Under the pieces are notes generated by a model. It was not told the DNA's origin. It did no database searches and saw only the letters and a program-made list of their open reading frames with translations. Position numbers and translations under genes: made by a program. A stretch of 64,000 bases of DNA, from NCBI GenBank assembly GCA_951406725.2, contig OX597816.1:85064001-85128000 (forward strand), written 5' to 3'. Each line of letters starts with the position of its first letter. The stretch's first letter is position 1. Below, piece by piece: positions 26,749 to 41,489 of this stretch. This DNA comes from Octopus vulgaris (Eukaryota).

Positions 26749-27351
26749 TATATATAAATAGATAGATAAATAGGTAAATAAAGAAAGAGAGATAGATAGA
26801 AAGATAGATCGATGGGGAAAGATGCATCATCTTTGTTTATATGCACATCAGATCTAGTATTCCCAAAATTTAAAAATTTCTCTGGATTTTCGAATTTGTA
26901 GACTATAAGTGCTTACCACTTTATTTAATATTAGATACCTGTCTTTGACATGTTCGTCGATATGACTACTTATAGGAATCTTTCATTATTTATCAAACTT
27001 CCCGAATTCTAAGGAAATCCACTAATTTTACTTAGCGACGCATACCCAAATTCTTCATCGTGCATATCGAAACCTGACAAATTCTGAAGATTCGTGTTAT
27101 TGTTGTATGTATATTTATATTCCAAACGAGAAATCACATACGAGTGTTTCAATGTGATCTTTACTGTCTAACATAATTATATATGATATTAAATATTCAA
27201 CGATTCGATAATAAATATCGCATTTCACAGTGATCCTTGCAAATGTTACACAACAGTATAATACTTTATCTGCTCGATATTAAATAGCTAAGAAATTATT
27301 TGCCAACACTTTGTTATAGATGTTGAAGAAGTATTATATATTCACTGTATG

Positions 27352-27409
<58 letters not shown>

Positions 27410-27859
27410 TGTGTGTGTGCGTGCATGTGTGTGTGCATATACACACATATATTAACCGGAATATATACGTAGCGTGAATTTCATAAGGGATAATTGCAAG
27501 TATTATGTGAGTGTGTATGTATGTGTGCATTTGTATAAGTGATGTACGTGTATTTTCTATCTGTATACAAATAGGTTGTGTGTGTTTATAAATTTGCTTC
27601 AAATTACCTATGCCTTGCTTTGTATGTGTAAGAAAAATATCGAATTATCAAGATACGAAGAGTGAGTTGATACCTTATGGCTAGAACCTAAATAGATATT
27701 AAGTAGATTAGAAATACGTTTTCTATGAATACTCAGATAATAAATATATGGATGGAAGCTGAGAGTAGAGAGCAATACGATAAGTAAGTGACATAAAACT
27801 ATATGAAAGAGATTAGTTTGGACACACGCACACAAAAACGCATACACACACATACACAC

Positions 27860-27911
<52 letters not shown>

Positions 27912-28886
27912 ATGTGTGTGTGTATATATGAATGTATGTAAGTATGTATATTTGTAGTTATATAAACATTTTTTGTCTGAATGGTTTCTAAATGTTAGTG
28001 AATTCTTCAGTCGCGAGATCATTTTCCAAACTCATTTGTGGTTGATTGTTTTTCGTACAGGGCATATGTTTATTTCTCTCTCGAAGAGAAGATAATTTCA
28101 ATAAATGAGTAATTAGCATTGTGTATTGTGTGATATAATTTTATTGTCCATACTATTTATTTTCCACGCAACAGAGAATAATGTGCTATTACTATTTACC
28201 CATTTTCATTTAATTAAAATCATTCACCATATCTTAAATATTTGGTACTCATTCTACATATGTCAAATTATTACGATTGCTGAGGTCCAGCTGCGAAAAC
28301 CATCGAGATAATGACGCTTATTGAGGCAGAGATATGTGTCCACAGTTATTGCCTTGTATTCCAGACATCGCACTGTCTTATCCTTACAGGCTTGTCAGCT
28401 TTGGAAAACTTATTGATTCTTGTGATTATCTCTTAATGTCATTTCGAGTTGATCACATTCGCCCCAGAACCGTTTGTCTAATCGTACATTGAAGGGAAGA
28501 TAATTTTGGTAACTGAAAGACATACATTGTATGTTATTGTATGTATATTTTATTCATCATTATTTCCTGTATATTGATGACACACGCACACACTTATACA
28601 CGCTTATATACACACGCGCACAAACACAGAAGAAGGGGAACAAAAAAATTAAGTGGAAGACCTCACGGTAGCCAGTGGCATGAATATAGATAATAATGAC
28701 AAATAAAATTATATCATATAAATAAGACATCTCTTAATTTATTGGAATTATCTTGCCCTAGAGTGACAAGTAAACGAATGGAAGAAGGAAATTAGCACCA
28801 GTGTCGAAAAAGAAAACGATAATCTCGCGTATCAAGAATTATATATTGGTGTGTGAGAGTGTGTGTATTTATGTGTCTGTGTATAC

Positions 28887-29023
<137 letters not shown>

Positions 29024-30689
29024 TTTTACTATTCTGATAAAAGGAGATCAACTGAAATGTATTCTGTCCATTGAATGATAAATATTATTTAATGTATACT
29101 GTATAAAGATGCGAGCTACTAATAGTGCCTTGCTCTGAAGACACGTGTCTATGGATGCTTTTATATCACACATTGTGTTTCCCAGCAATCCTCAAACTCA
29201 GAGCATATGGTCTGTTATACTTGAAAATAAGGACTCTGGCACACGAGAAATCACACACACACACACACACACAAAAAAAAAACGAGAAGGTTGCTGTAAA
29301 TAGTGGAAGGGTGAATAAGAGCATAACATGAAAAGAAAAAAAGAACAGAAACTCAGAGTCACGTTCCCTTTCACCATACTCCGCCGTCTATTAAGCAGAG
29401 GCTACAGTAACGTTTCAAGATAACCTAAATGAAAAGAGAAATTACATCGGTTTATGGGAAGGCGATTTAAAAAGACATTATGCAAACAACCTATCTTTTT
29501 TTTCCCGGCACAACCACGAAAAGAAAGTAACTAAGTTGGTTAGCCACGCATGAGGTTTGAAGACTAACTGCAAAGCATTTACAATCAAGTGGAGAATCGT
29601 AGAGAAATCCATGCCATATGGAAATTGATCTAAGAAATGCAAGTTATGAGTTGCTGAAAGATCGCATGACATTTTTCGATCTAAGAATTCCACTGCAATA
29701 TTTAATCACACTTTTAGCATCAGTTAACCTTGCCGTTTATTTTTCTCATGACGTCGAATGTACCAGAGTCCTGATTTTCAGACAGAACAAACAGTGTGTT
29801 CAGTGCTTCAGAAGGCTTGGTGGCACAAGGCTTGATATAAAATCCTTCATATATACGTGTTTTCGCAGCAAGAAACTGTTACTAGCTCGTATCTTGACAC
29901 TATGTACATTAAATGATATATGTAAATATATGTGTGCTTGTGCGCATGTGTGTGTCTAAATACATATATATTGTGTATTTGTGTGCGTGTGTGTGTGTGT
30001 GCCCTGAACATTTATTAAACAACCAGAAGATCAGAAGTAATGCTTCAAAGGTCCACATAGATGCACATATCAATTGATGATCAATAAACCTATAACCGGA
30101 ATTTGTCAAAATGAAAAGACTGCTTGAGATTGATACGGATAGACTACCGGACGGTTTTTCCTAATATCCATCACACATGGATCGTAAAATCAATAGTCGT
30201 GAATAAAGATGCATCAATTATCTTTAAAATGCAAATATTTTTACAGACAAATAAAGGGAATTTTAAAAATGATATAATCCAGCAGAATTTCCTTCTAATG
30301 TAGTGTTGGAACCCTTCATTGATATGGTAAACATAATTAGATGTGTACATAAATTCTATGGTTAGCCTAATGAACATAAATTTTATACGGGCAGTTTCTA
30401 TCTGTATACTGCAAACGATTACTGAATTTCCATTGTATGATTTCAGATTTACCTCGTACAGAAACATGGAAAATTAATACAAGTAGCATGAAAAACAAAA
30501 AAAAAATATTCCGTCTTCAAGAAACACTTAAATATAGGATATAGTTTACGTAGATTACTGTAAAGAAACGGGTGGAACACCACCGGAAATCGAAACAGCA
30601 TATATCTAAAAAAAAATACTTAGCACTACAGTATGTCGTAATAAAATAATGGCAAGTAACTTCTACTTGTTCAATACTGGCAAAATTTG

Positions 30690-31280
30690 AACAGAGTTCT
30701 TACAAAATCTCTACACTGGATAAGAAGCACCAGACTCAAAACTGAGACTGAAGACTACTTGATCGCGACAGAGAACCAAACGTTTGCTGCAAAAAAAATC
30801 AGCAACAATATATAATGAAGCAGAAAGCTGTAACTGTAGAAAAATGGAAATGGGAAAGAAACAATTAACCACATTTTCACACACTACCAAGTCATTGCCG
30901 AGAAAGAATATATCCACAAACGCCACACAACGTTGAATTACATAGACTGGAATTTGCGGCGGCATTATGAAATTTCCACATATAGGTGATGGTATTGAGA
31001 AAGTTTCCGAGATTGGCAAAGCAACCATATCCTGAATTAAGCCAATTACCTCGGCAGAGAGATAAAAATTAACCGACCAGATATTGTTGTCAAGGACCAT
31101 AAAAATGCCTGCCAATTCAACCAATTCAACATTGGAGAATGATAGCTAAAATAGATGGAGAAATTGTCTAAATTTAATAATCTGGAAATAAGATAAGTTA
31201 GTTTTCCGACCAAGTTTTATGAGCCGAAATTAAGGACAGCGAGGACTGACGTCTAAAAATAGCGTGCAAATCGTTAAGTA
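30690..31280 (+). mobile_element. Decayed RLE-type non-LTR retrotransposon (R4/NeSL-like), C-terminal region
   Basis: Plus-strand pieces WIRSTRLKTETEDYLIATENQ, CNCRK..KETINHI....IAEKEYIHKRH (degenerate zinc knuckle) and KINRPDIVVKD (restriction-like endonuclease PD motif). Confidence 0.75.
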
Positions 31281-32433
31281 GAATACAAAAACTAGTGTTC
31301 AGAAATAGGTGTGCAAAGCTTTACAACATCATACCATTTGATCGTTTGGAATTCCGAATCTCACGGACAAAACATTTGCTGCTATTGTTATAATCTAGCC
31401 CAAACATTCTTCCCCGGATTAAAACATTCCAGCCAAGGTATTCCAAATATTTATTTCTATGCAGGGTATCTCAGAGCCGTATCACCGAATGTCTCCTTTT
31501 CTTAAATGTTGACGTAGAATTAGTTAATGTATTCTGCTGGTTGAGCAACCATAAGGAATTTCCTTCATAGTCTATAAAGAAAATGGTGGAAGGAATTGAT
31601 GTCGCTGTAGAATTACACTCAGAGTAAGACACTCAACTTTTGTCTGATGATTTTACTAAGAACATTTTTGCACACCAATCATCATAGGTACGTATTAATC
31701 ATTTTAATATGATGACAAGACTGACAAACAAATTACATCCAATCTGAGACCAGATATCTCAATCATATTTGTCAGTCTTGTCAGTATAAACAAAAATAAA
31801 ATAACTCCGTCCTCTTTTTCTTTTAATTTTCTTTCATCACTTGTCAACATTGTCAATTAGAAAACAGGTTCGATTCAGATAAATATTTTAGAGATATAAT
31901 GGTAATTGTAGTTGAATTATCCCTCATTAGTAGACTTGTCGGAAATAATTCTCCAAATCATGCAAGAAAAAAGAAATATCGAATTTTATTTCATTTCATT
32001 TCATAAACGTAAATGTTGTGTTCTCGACCACCAGAATAAATTATAAGGTAAGAATCAAAGTAGTTGCTAAAAAAAGAAATAATTTAATTCTATTTACCTA
32101 ATAAAGGATATAACCGTATTTTACAAATAAAGAAAAAGTGTATGTGCTAATTAAAGATTTTAATTGCTGTATAGATATTATATATACAGACAATTAAAGC
32201 AACATTATTAATGGTGCGACGTTTACCGGAAATTAACAAAGAAATGTTTAAAAAATATATGTAATTGTACGTACACACACATACAAACAGACACAGGCAT
32301 AGACGCAGACACTCACACACACACACACACGCACACAAACTCTCACACAAATACACAGACTCACTGACTCACTAACTGACTTATTCACTAACTCACTCAC
32401 TCATTCACACGCACAAACACGCACACATTCATA

Positions 32434-32511
<78 letters not shown>

Positions 32512-32749
32512 TATATTCAATATTAGACTTATACTCAAAGGTTAACATGAAATATGGTCATTATATGTGCTGCATAATTTAACATAATACACAAACATAC
32601 AACACACACACACACTCACACATATATATTAGCCAAATCAAATGATTAAACTTTTAGGTATAAACCATGTATAAGTATATATATATATATATGTGTGAGT
32701 GTGTGTGTGTGTGTACGTGTGTGTATATGTATCTATATATATGTATATC

Positions 32750-32785
<36 letters not shown>

Positions 32786-33126
32786 TATATGTATATATAT
32801 ATATATATGATTGTTTGCATACACAAGACACACACATACATACATATATATATTCACACATATGTGTGCACGTGTCTGTGTATGTGGCGTGATGATTTCT
32901 CCAGCAAGAAAGGTGAATGGAGATTTAATAAAATGTTCTCTTTTTACAGATCTTTGATCAAGAATGTCCTATATAATTTTTTCTCCCTTGTTACAAATTC
33001 TTTGACCCTCTAACTTTAGATATATGATAGTCATCCTGCACAATGTTATATATATTTTTAGGTTCAGTAAGTCTACGCAATATACAATCTATCTTTTGCA
33101 CTGATTGTGTGACTTGAACTAGGGCA

Positions 33127-33202
33127 CAGTCATTCCCAGTCGGGAGTCCGCAAAGGTAGTACTGGAGGTCCGTGAACTAAATTCAAAACTTCATATATAT
33201 AA

Positions 33203-33248
<46 letters not shown>

Positions 33249-33511
33249 ATAAGATCGTTATTTAAGATACATATCTTATCAGGTGGCCAACATGGGAATA
33301 AAAACCTCAAATGTTAATAAATATTATTAACATTTTTATTAAGGGTATCTAAGTGATACCACCATGCTAGAAATAGCAGCGAAAAGGACTCTAAAACTAC
33401 ATTAAAATATTCATACAGCACCAGGAAGACAAAAAGACAAAATAAACTAGCAAAAGAATTACGGAATAATTCCGGATCCCGGATTTCTGACTCTGCATAA
33501 GAAAGCATTTC

Positions 33512-33544
<33 letters not shown>

Positions 33545-33663
33545 CAAGGATTAGCATAATAAAAGGGGTCCGTGGAAAACTCATTTAAATAAAAGGGTTG
33601 GGAACTAATGTTGGGAAGCAGTGAAAAGGTTGAGAACCATTGTGAAATGGTTGGGAACCACTG
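33127..33663. mobile_element. hAT-type MITE with a nested insert and reiterated right end
   Basis: Left end CAGTCATTCCCA, right end TGGGAACCACTG (imperfect TIR). GGTCCGTG occurs subterminally on both sides; four GTTG(G/A)GAA-like units lie at 33597-33663. Confidence 0.6.
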
Positions 33664-33834
33664 AAGTAGCGCATACTATGAAATGTGCTAACCAAAATGG
33701 AAGCTTGTAACGGAAGATAGGGATGCAAATTCCAAACACAACGATCTTGATGTTCATTGCCGTTGTATTCATACCATGAATATATTTACCCTTGACACCA
33801 TTTGTCTGATATTATAAAGAATAAAGGTATCGAG

Positions 33835-34043
33835 CTAACATAGTTGTTGCTACATCAGACAAAATACTTAAAAACATTTCGTATGTCTTTACGTTGTGAG
33901 TTCAATTTTCACCCAGTTCGACTGTGTCTTTTATCCTTCCGGATTTTATAAAATCAGTACCATCTCAGCACTGGCGTCAGTGTAATCGACTTAACTTCCC
34001 ACCCCGAAGTTGCTGCCATTTTGCCAAAATTTGAAACCATTAT
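33835..34043 (+). mobile_element. Degraded SINE family C
   Basis: TTTACGTTGTGAGTTCAATT...TCGACTGTGTCTTTTATCCTT...AGTACCA is similar to 46355-46617. Confidence 0.6.
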
Positions 34044-34639
34044 TAACAAGCGCACATATTATTGAGCAACAATTTAATAGAAACCCAGAGAAAGGTACAG
34101 GCAAATGCATTGTCATGAAAAAGAATAATTATTATCATTATTAAATTTAACTGGTATATTTCCGATCTAACATAACCTGTACAATGCATTTTGCTATTAG
34201 ATACACTTTCAAACAGTGTCATAGGCTACTCTTGAATAATTGTCAGGACTTCATTAACGAAGATGCAGATTCGTAACCCACAGCCTGATAATCTTGTATG
34301 GTGGTTGCCTGCAATGATGACATAAAACAGTCTTAATATGGTGTATCCATTCATACTTATATCCCTATATACTTCCGTAATTTCTGACTACTACATGGAC
34401 ATTCACACCCACGCAAATGCATTCACACGCGCATGCATGTTACTTAGACCACAAACACACACACAAAAGCTACATAATTCACCATGTATATTATGAACCA
34501 TTACTATAATGAGAGAGAAAGCGATGAGATCCTCTGATATCCTTCTTATTTCTGAATCAAGTAAATTATATAAGTTCATATAAGTTCACTATAACCCTTT
34601 AGCTTGCCTTGCTTTGATTGATGATATGTATTTGTTTCT

Positions 34640-36540
34640 CAGGTGACTAACAACAGATCTAAAATTATATTGTACGCCTCGCATCTGAGTTTCTTGCAGA
34701 AAGGACAATTTCCTCCGAGGGTGCAAATGTAGAAAGTTTTACAAGGGATCAGTTAGATTCATTACTTTATTCGGATCATCTTCAACCTCTAGAGAAGCTT
34801 TATTTTTACTGCTAAACTGTATGTAGATTAAATTCCAGATCTTAGCCATTAAATTTCAAGGCAGTCCGTGTTGTCTGCCAGTGTCTGAGCTTACTTCAAG
34901 CGCTTATTCTAAATCTTCTTCAATATCTCAGAGTGCATTTTCAATGCAGTTATATCCAGCAACGATGGCTTCAATAGCATATGCTCTAGCTGACTAATGA
35001 GTTTCTGACAATAACTTAAAGGTGAGTTCTCTTCTATTTCCTTCCAAATATTTCATTACAGTTACCTAGAAAAAATGTATACCTTTTGTATGAAACTAAA
35101 ATTCTTAACAGCTTCGAAGAGAGCAAGATGCATCAGCATGTCTAATAAGTTCCACCGATTGATCAGCACAGGGAACAAAAACTGTTCTAATTCATTTTCC
35201 TTCAGTCTGGCTCTTATTCCTGTGTAGTAGCAGATATATTACTAGTATTGTCATAGGACTGTCCTTTCAGTCTTCAAATTTTATACCTTATTTTTTAAGA
35301 AATTCTTATTCAGATGCGAGCAATGTTTCCCCTTTTTGATAACAGTTTGCAGGAAGGTTAAAAGCATTTTTATCGGCTTACCAGAAACAGGCAGAACGCA
35401 CAATAAATGTTAGCTGATCAACATGAGCGCAGTCTGCTGTTAAATCTACAGAAACTGTCAACTATTTGGCAGTTTTAAGTTTTGCTCAATTATGATTCAT
35501 ATATTTTGCAGTCAACAGTAATTTCTTCGTATATAGTAGTGATAAGTATGACTGTTTACCAATTCCAGGATTGCTAAATGTTTTAAGGTCGCCCATTAAA
35601 AATGGATCAACTTATGCAGTAAATTCCTGTAATTCCCCCCACCAAAATAAAATAAAAATGCCAGTATGCTGAGATCCTATGATATCCTTCACTACCCCTA
35701 AATGCCAGGCATCTTTCCGCTAGAAATATTGTCACGGTCACAACAAGCGCAATATTTCAGTGCAGTATTTCTTGTTTTCTTGCACTTGTTTTTCCTACGC
35801 TCTATTAGCATGAGAATATTCCTTACATAAAATATTGAACTGCAACACAGAATTGCGGTGGCCTTGGCTTTGTCCATGTGTTTTCCTTTTATCCTCCGCT
35901 ATTTCTCCAATCATTAAAGCCATCATTGTTGGAAAACCTGTCACGGTAGCTTGACATGAAAGTACAGTTAAAGCAATAAAATTCACACTTTGATAGGCTG
36001 TACAGTATCCATTTCTCAAACGCTACTCACCATCGTCACAAATAGTACGAAATGTTGAAATGTTTATATAATGAGAATGCGCATCCAGTTTGCCTCCACC
36101 TTTTTTAATAATAGCATCAAGATTCTGGGTTCTGACAGAATAGGGACACGTGCACTTCTCTGGCAGAAAACTACCTGGCTCGATCTATACCTCAAGATTG
36201 TATCCACTATCCATGGTAGTTGGATGCGGTGATACTTCATCTTCAAAATCGGAAGTTGATATATCCTATTTTATTTTGTTTTTGCAAATGCACTTTGGAG
36301 TGCAATTAGTTTCATGAAACGAAAAATTGTTACCGATTCTTCCTTAGCTTCAAAGGTTTTCTATTCTTCGAAACAGAAACATTCTGCAAGATGTGGTCTC
36401 TTTGCCAGTGCAATAACATTTCTTCACATATTTCTTTGGAAGGTGCGGAATATTCCATGATATACTGGATATTCTGTGTGAAAATATCAGAATAACAGCA
36501 AAAAGAAATAATCTTAAAAATAAAACAAGAACTGTGAACA
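34640..36540 (-). mobile_element. Decayed hAT transposase (ZMYM1-like group)
   Basis: Minus-strand VTIFLAERCLAFRGSE (~35690-35735) and VSVDLTADCAHVDQLTFIVR (~35395-35455) match the hAT motifs LAFRG and D.T.D.SH.DQL..IVR. Many stops; boundaries approximate. Confidence 0.78.
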
Positions 36541-37334
36541 TTCATGTAAAGCAACTTAGTTTAATCTAGCCATTATCATACTAAGTCAGACTTCTGTTAT
36601 TCTTAGGTCTGGGGCAGATAAGAAAGCTGCAGATAAAGAAAATATAATGTTAATTGAAATGGGTTCAAACGATTAATAGCAAATCGAAGATTACAGATTA
36701 TAGATTTCCTTTTTATTGAATCACTTCTCTTCAAAATTATGTTTCATTCTCATGGGGCCCCAGAAACAAACAATCGGCATAAACGCTTCAGTAATAACAT
36801 GGATTTGAAAAAGAATTCTGCACTTCGTGGATCACTATAAATCACAAACAACCATGAACCGATATTTGAGCTTACAAATTTACTTTCGATTTTGTTAATA
36901 AATATGGTGTCTGCAGGCGTAACGGTTCAAATAATTTTGTGCAGGGAGGGTGTATTTTTAATTGCAATTAACATCTGCTGTTAATGATGTCCTTGAATTT
37001 ATTTTTAAGTTTCAATATTTTCTCGTATTTGTACTTAAATCCAACTATTTACAATCATGAACTTATAGAAGTACACATCCGCTGCAATAACAACAATGTC
37101 CAAATATGTTGAAATGTAAGGTTGAAGAACAGCACCGCAAGAATAGAGATATTATATCACTATCATCGCGAGAGGTTTTTTTTGCGACCGTAATATGAAA
37201 ATAACAATAACAAAAATCGATTGTCTGATAATAACGACAGGTAGAGAAAAAGAAAATTAAGAAAGAATAGTTTTGCTTTAATGCAGATGCAAATTGTGAA
37301 GAAGTCATATAAATACAAACATACATGCATACAT

Positions 37335-38190
37335 ACGAGTTGTAGTCAAAAAGTATCCGACATTTGGCAAAAAAACGAATAATATTTAAAAACGATCATT
37401 TTGATTTAGTCTCCTTCAAAGTATTCACCTTGGAAGTCGACACACTGCTGCCAGCGTTCCTGCCACTGGAAATCCCTTTTTGGGATGCCGTAGCGCTGTA
37501 CAGTCGAATTTTGCTTAATGTCCTCTGCTATCTCAAATCTTCTCCCCTGGAGTGTTTTTTTTTTTATCTTTGGAAATAAACAAAAGCCGGACGGAGCCAA
37601 GTCGAGGGAGTAGGAAACCTGACGAACAAATGGTGTGTTTTGCTTGACGACAAATGCTTGGGCGCGGGAGGAACGAACTGATTGAACTGAGCTGACTAAA
37701 CTGACCCATGGCTGATTCGGCAACAATTTCCTCAATAGTCACATGGCGATCTTCATAGACTATTCCTCGAACCTTTGCTATTATTTCGTCGTTTCTTATA
37801 ACCGATGGTCTACCAGAACGTGGCTCACAGTCCACTGAGGTGAGGCCATCTTTGAACCGGTTGTACCCCGCCTTTGTGTTACTGCCATAGCATAATCTCC
37901 AAAGGCCTTCTGAATCTTCTTGGCAGACTGAGCTTGCATATCACCATGTTTTTGGCAGAATTCGATACAAAAACCTTTCTTCAATGCGCTGGTTGGGCAT
38001 GATTCAAAACGAAAAATCGCACAGCACATTCTTCACGTCAATACTCAATGCGTCACTGCGGGCGAATGGGGCAACCTATAGATACAAAAGGTTTGCACAT
38101 GTTCAGGAAGATCGTGGCCCCCTAACACCCATGCGGATTTTGTTCACACATTAACATTTTGTGCATAAAACATTCAAGGTGGGATACATT
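37335..38190 (-). mobile_element. Internally deleted mariner transposon
   Basis: ORF pieces CIEFCQKHG..QAFGD, PRSGRPS...IVYEDRHVTIEEI and YSLDLAPSGFCLFPKIK...RWQQCVDFQGEYFEGD. The central catalytic region is missing. Confidence 0.88.
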
Positions 38191-38323
38191 CATACATACG
38201 AAAATACACCGATGTCGTTGAAATTCCAAAGAAGGAGCCTTCGATTTAGATTAGAAATCGCTCTTTCTCCATTTGCCAGAAACTCTGTAATAAAAATGAA
38301 TAATTACATACATAGATACATAC

Positions 38324-38393
<70 letters not shown>

Positions 38394-38834
38394 TGACGAC
38401 ATAATCATTAAAAGGATTATATCAGATCAGTGGTTAGCGCATGGAAAAATTGCCATATTCGTAAAATTAATTTTTAAGTATATAATTATAATCAGATCAC
38501 CGGAATGCGTCGTATATATATATGTTGGTCTGCTTACGTCCCCGTAACTTAGCATTTCGGCCAAAGACACCGATGAAATATGTACTCGGTTTGCAAAGAA
38601 TAAATCGTAGGGTCGATTTCTTCAACAAATAAAGAATAAAAGAATAAAGAATCCTAGATTTTAGCAATATCTATTTCAACACAAAATTAAGATCATCCGT
38701 AATTTTATAAATCTTCTTGTTCATTATCTCAACCTGGGGTTTTAAATAGAGAACAAATTTAGAGTGGATTGTAAGTATTTGACATCTACTTCTAGCTTAT
38801 AGGTGCTGGCGTTTCAGCGCTCTTAATGCTAATT

Positions 38835-38866
<32 letters not shown>

Positions 38867-38880
38867 GTATAGAGAGAGAA

Positions 38881-38927
<47 letters not shown>

Positions 38928-40245
38928 CATGTGTATGTCTGTTTATATGTTTCTGTAAGGATATATAGATGTATTTACTAAATGAGAGATAATATAAACG
39001 AAATTCACGATTCAAAAGTCACATCATGGAAAGAACTTCAGTATGAATATAAAAAATATATAAAGAACCTTTTTTTAAAAAAATCTATATAAATCGAACT
39101 AAAAATGAAAGAATGAAGAGGAATACAACAATTATTTGCTTCAGATAATCAGAAATAACCCCTACGTGTTTTAAAACCGTCTCAAATAATTGATCTGAAT
39201 GTTTATTTGATAAAATAATTTTTGATATTTGTCTTTTACTTCTACAATTTTGCACGGATAACAAAAAATGATCTGAATTCAAGCAGTGTAAAAAGCAAAA
39301 TAATTATGAAGTTAACTTTGATAAAATGTAAATGGAATAAAGCAAATTGGTACTGCAAATCTAATATTGCTTGTTAAGTAAATATGCTTGGGATCATATT
39401 AAATTCAAATATCTCGGAGTGGAATCTATATAAACCGAATTGTTAAAAAAATAATCAGGGCGTTCATAGATGCATAATCATGTCCACGTGGACACACTTC
39501 CATCCGCCTGTTCCTACACTAGCCTACCTATCCGTGCCTATATCCATCCTTTCATCCATATACATACATATACACACACATGCACACGCACACACACATA
39601 CTCACGCTATAAAGGCAAAACTGCCAGGAATGAGCTTCGATTCTGCAAGAAAAGATGTGCGCTGCTTGTAAAGCATTGGTACCTAGACTTAAGGTTGTGA
39701 TTCGAAATAAATGCAATAGTATCATAATTGTGTTTCCTTTACCATTGTATTGCAATGCTTGTACTCGAATATAAGAATATAGCAAAATATTAGCTCATCT
39801 ACTCCACCGAGTTATTCTTCTTTGTGCAGTGGAATTAGATTGTCTCGTGTTCCACTGCTAGCTTGATGCTTTGTGGCGACCACAGTAAGAAGCAACAATC
39901 TAGGTCAGTATCAATGTCTTACATATCCTTTTCCTTTTCTGAAATTTTTCATGATCGTATCAGCCCCTCGCCTACACAGTGTTGCCATTTTAGTAATATG
40001 CACGTAAAAAGTTGCATCCCAGGTCCCGCACCGAATCTGACCATTCGATTGGACACACCTGATCCTGTGTAATTCAATTGTAATCTATATGTGAGCAAAT
40101 AGTAGAATTCTTGAAACTCTTCACCATTGACTGCTTTTTATTTTCCTCAATCTACTGGTATACTGCGTGTATGTGTTTTTTTCTGTTCGCGTGTTTATGT
40201 GATGGTTGTCAGGATATTTAATGCATATAGCAATGTTGCCTGTGG

Positions 40246-40344
40246 TTGCAAGAAGTAATCTATGTTGTTGAGCTCCCTTGCAAGAAGTAATCTATGTTGT
40301 TGAGCTCTCTTGCAAGAAGTAATCTATGTTGTTGAGCTCTCTTG
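40246..40344. repeat. 32-bp tandem repeat, 3 copies
   Basis: TTGCAAGAAGTAATCTATGTTGTTGAGCTC(C/T)C starting at 40246, 40278 and 40310, with no spacers. Confidence 0.95.
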
Positions 40345-40546
40345 TGACGTATGGAAGCAATTTGTTGAAAGACGTAATGTTCTACCTGAATGACTGGCAC
40401 TATTTCATACTATATATGCATAAGTGCGTGTGATATACATACAAACATACATATATATATATATATATATATACATAAAAATACAGACATACACACATAT
40501 GATGATCGTCTCCATATTGGGTAACAGCAAACATCGTCCCAAAGTA

Positions 40547-40603
40547 CAGTCCTGAATAATTGTTGAGAGATATCTCTCACCGTTCGAAACCACTGGTCGT
40601 CTG
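40547..40603 (+). ncRNA. Degenerate type I hammerhead-ribozyme-like motif within a short TA-flanked insert
   Basis: CAGTC-CTGAATA-[ATTGT TGAGAGA TA TCTCTCA CCGTTC]-GAAACCACTGGTC|GTCTG: near-canonical core, stem II hairpin, ACCA-C-TGGT stem III and GUC cleavage triplet. Confidence 0.5.
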
Positions 40604-40668
40604 CTCACTCCGCGAACATTTGTCCACGGATGCGGTGTTGACTCATTCTCACAGTTCAATATTACCGA

Positions 40669-40717
<49 letters not shown>

Positions 40718-41011
40718 TGCATAACAAATGAGTGTGTTTGCAGCCCTGTGCGTGTGTTGGTATACTTGGTATATAATTGTCCATTAGTAAACGGATATTA
40801 GATAATGTTTGAACCTGGAAAAGCAAAGTCAATAACGGAATCATTATAATTGTGAAATTTACTTGATGGAATGCTGAATGCTTTTGATTATAATTTCCTT
40901 CGTCTATTTATAGTGAAGCTATTTCAATATATATTGACATTTTATTTGTAATTTTTTTCGTTACAGGTATTTAATTTGTTTTTGTTCTTGATGTTCAATC
41001 TACTACTGTTA

Positions 41012-41043
<32 letters not shown>

Positions 41044-41489
41044 TCTCTCCTGATTAATTTGATATGCCTGATGATGTCGTCAAAATCATAGTGGTTGTTT
41101 TGCCACTTAAAAAACATTCATCTCAATGACGCAACAGAGTTTATCAACCTTAAATTGGTGAGAAAAGAAAAAATACGGAAATTCTATTTACATTTCAGAT
41201 CAATGCGTTTTTTTTCAATTAGCATTTAGTTTTTAAAGGAGACATTTTGTCGTTTAAAAGATAATATTTATTTATTTATTTTAATTCCTTACGAAGCAAT
41301 AATTGAAAAAAATCAATGATATTTTGTTGCTTGGATCTTGACATTCCATAACCAACGAAATAAAGGCATTCTTTCCGTTTTTAACTCATGCACCATCACT
41401 TACATATATATGTATACCTAGCAATTATATGTAGAATATATAGTTGTGCTTGTTGCTCTATTTTAGTTTCTGTTGGGTAGCCCAAAGAC

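Noticed and set aside
40246-40344. CRISPR-like 32-bp repeats
   Set aside because: Head-to-tail tandem copies with no spacers, no cas genes and a eukaryotic context.
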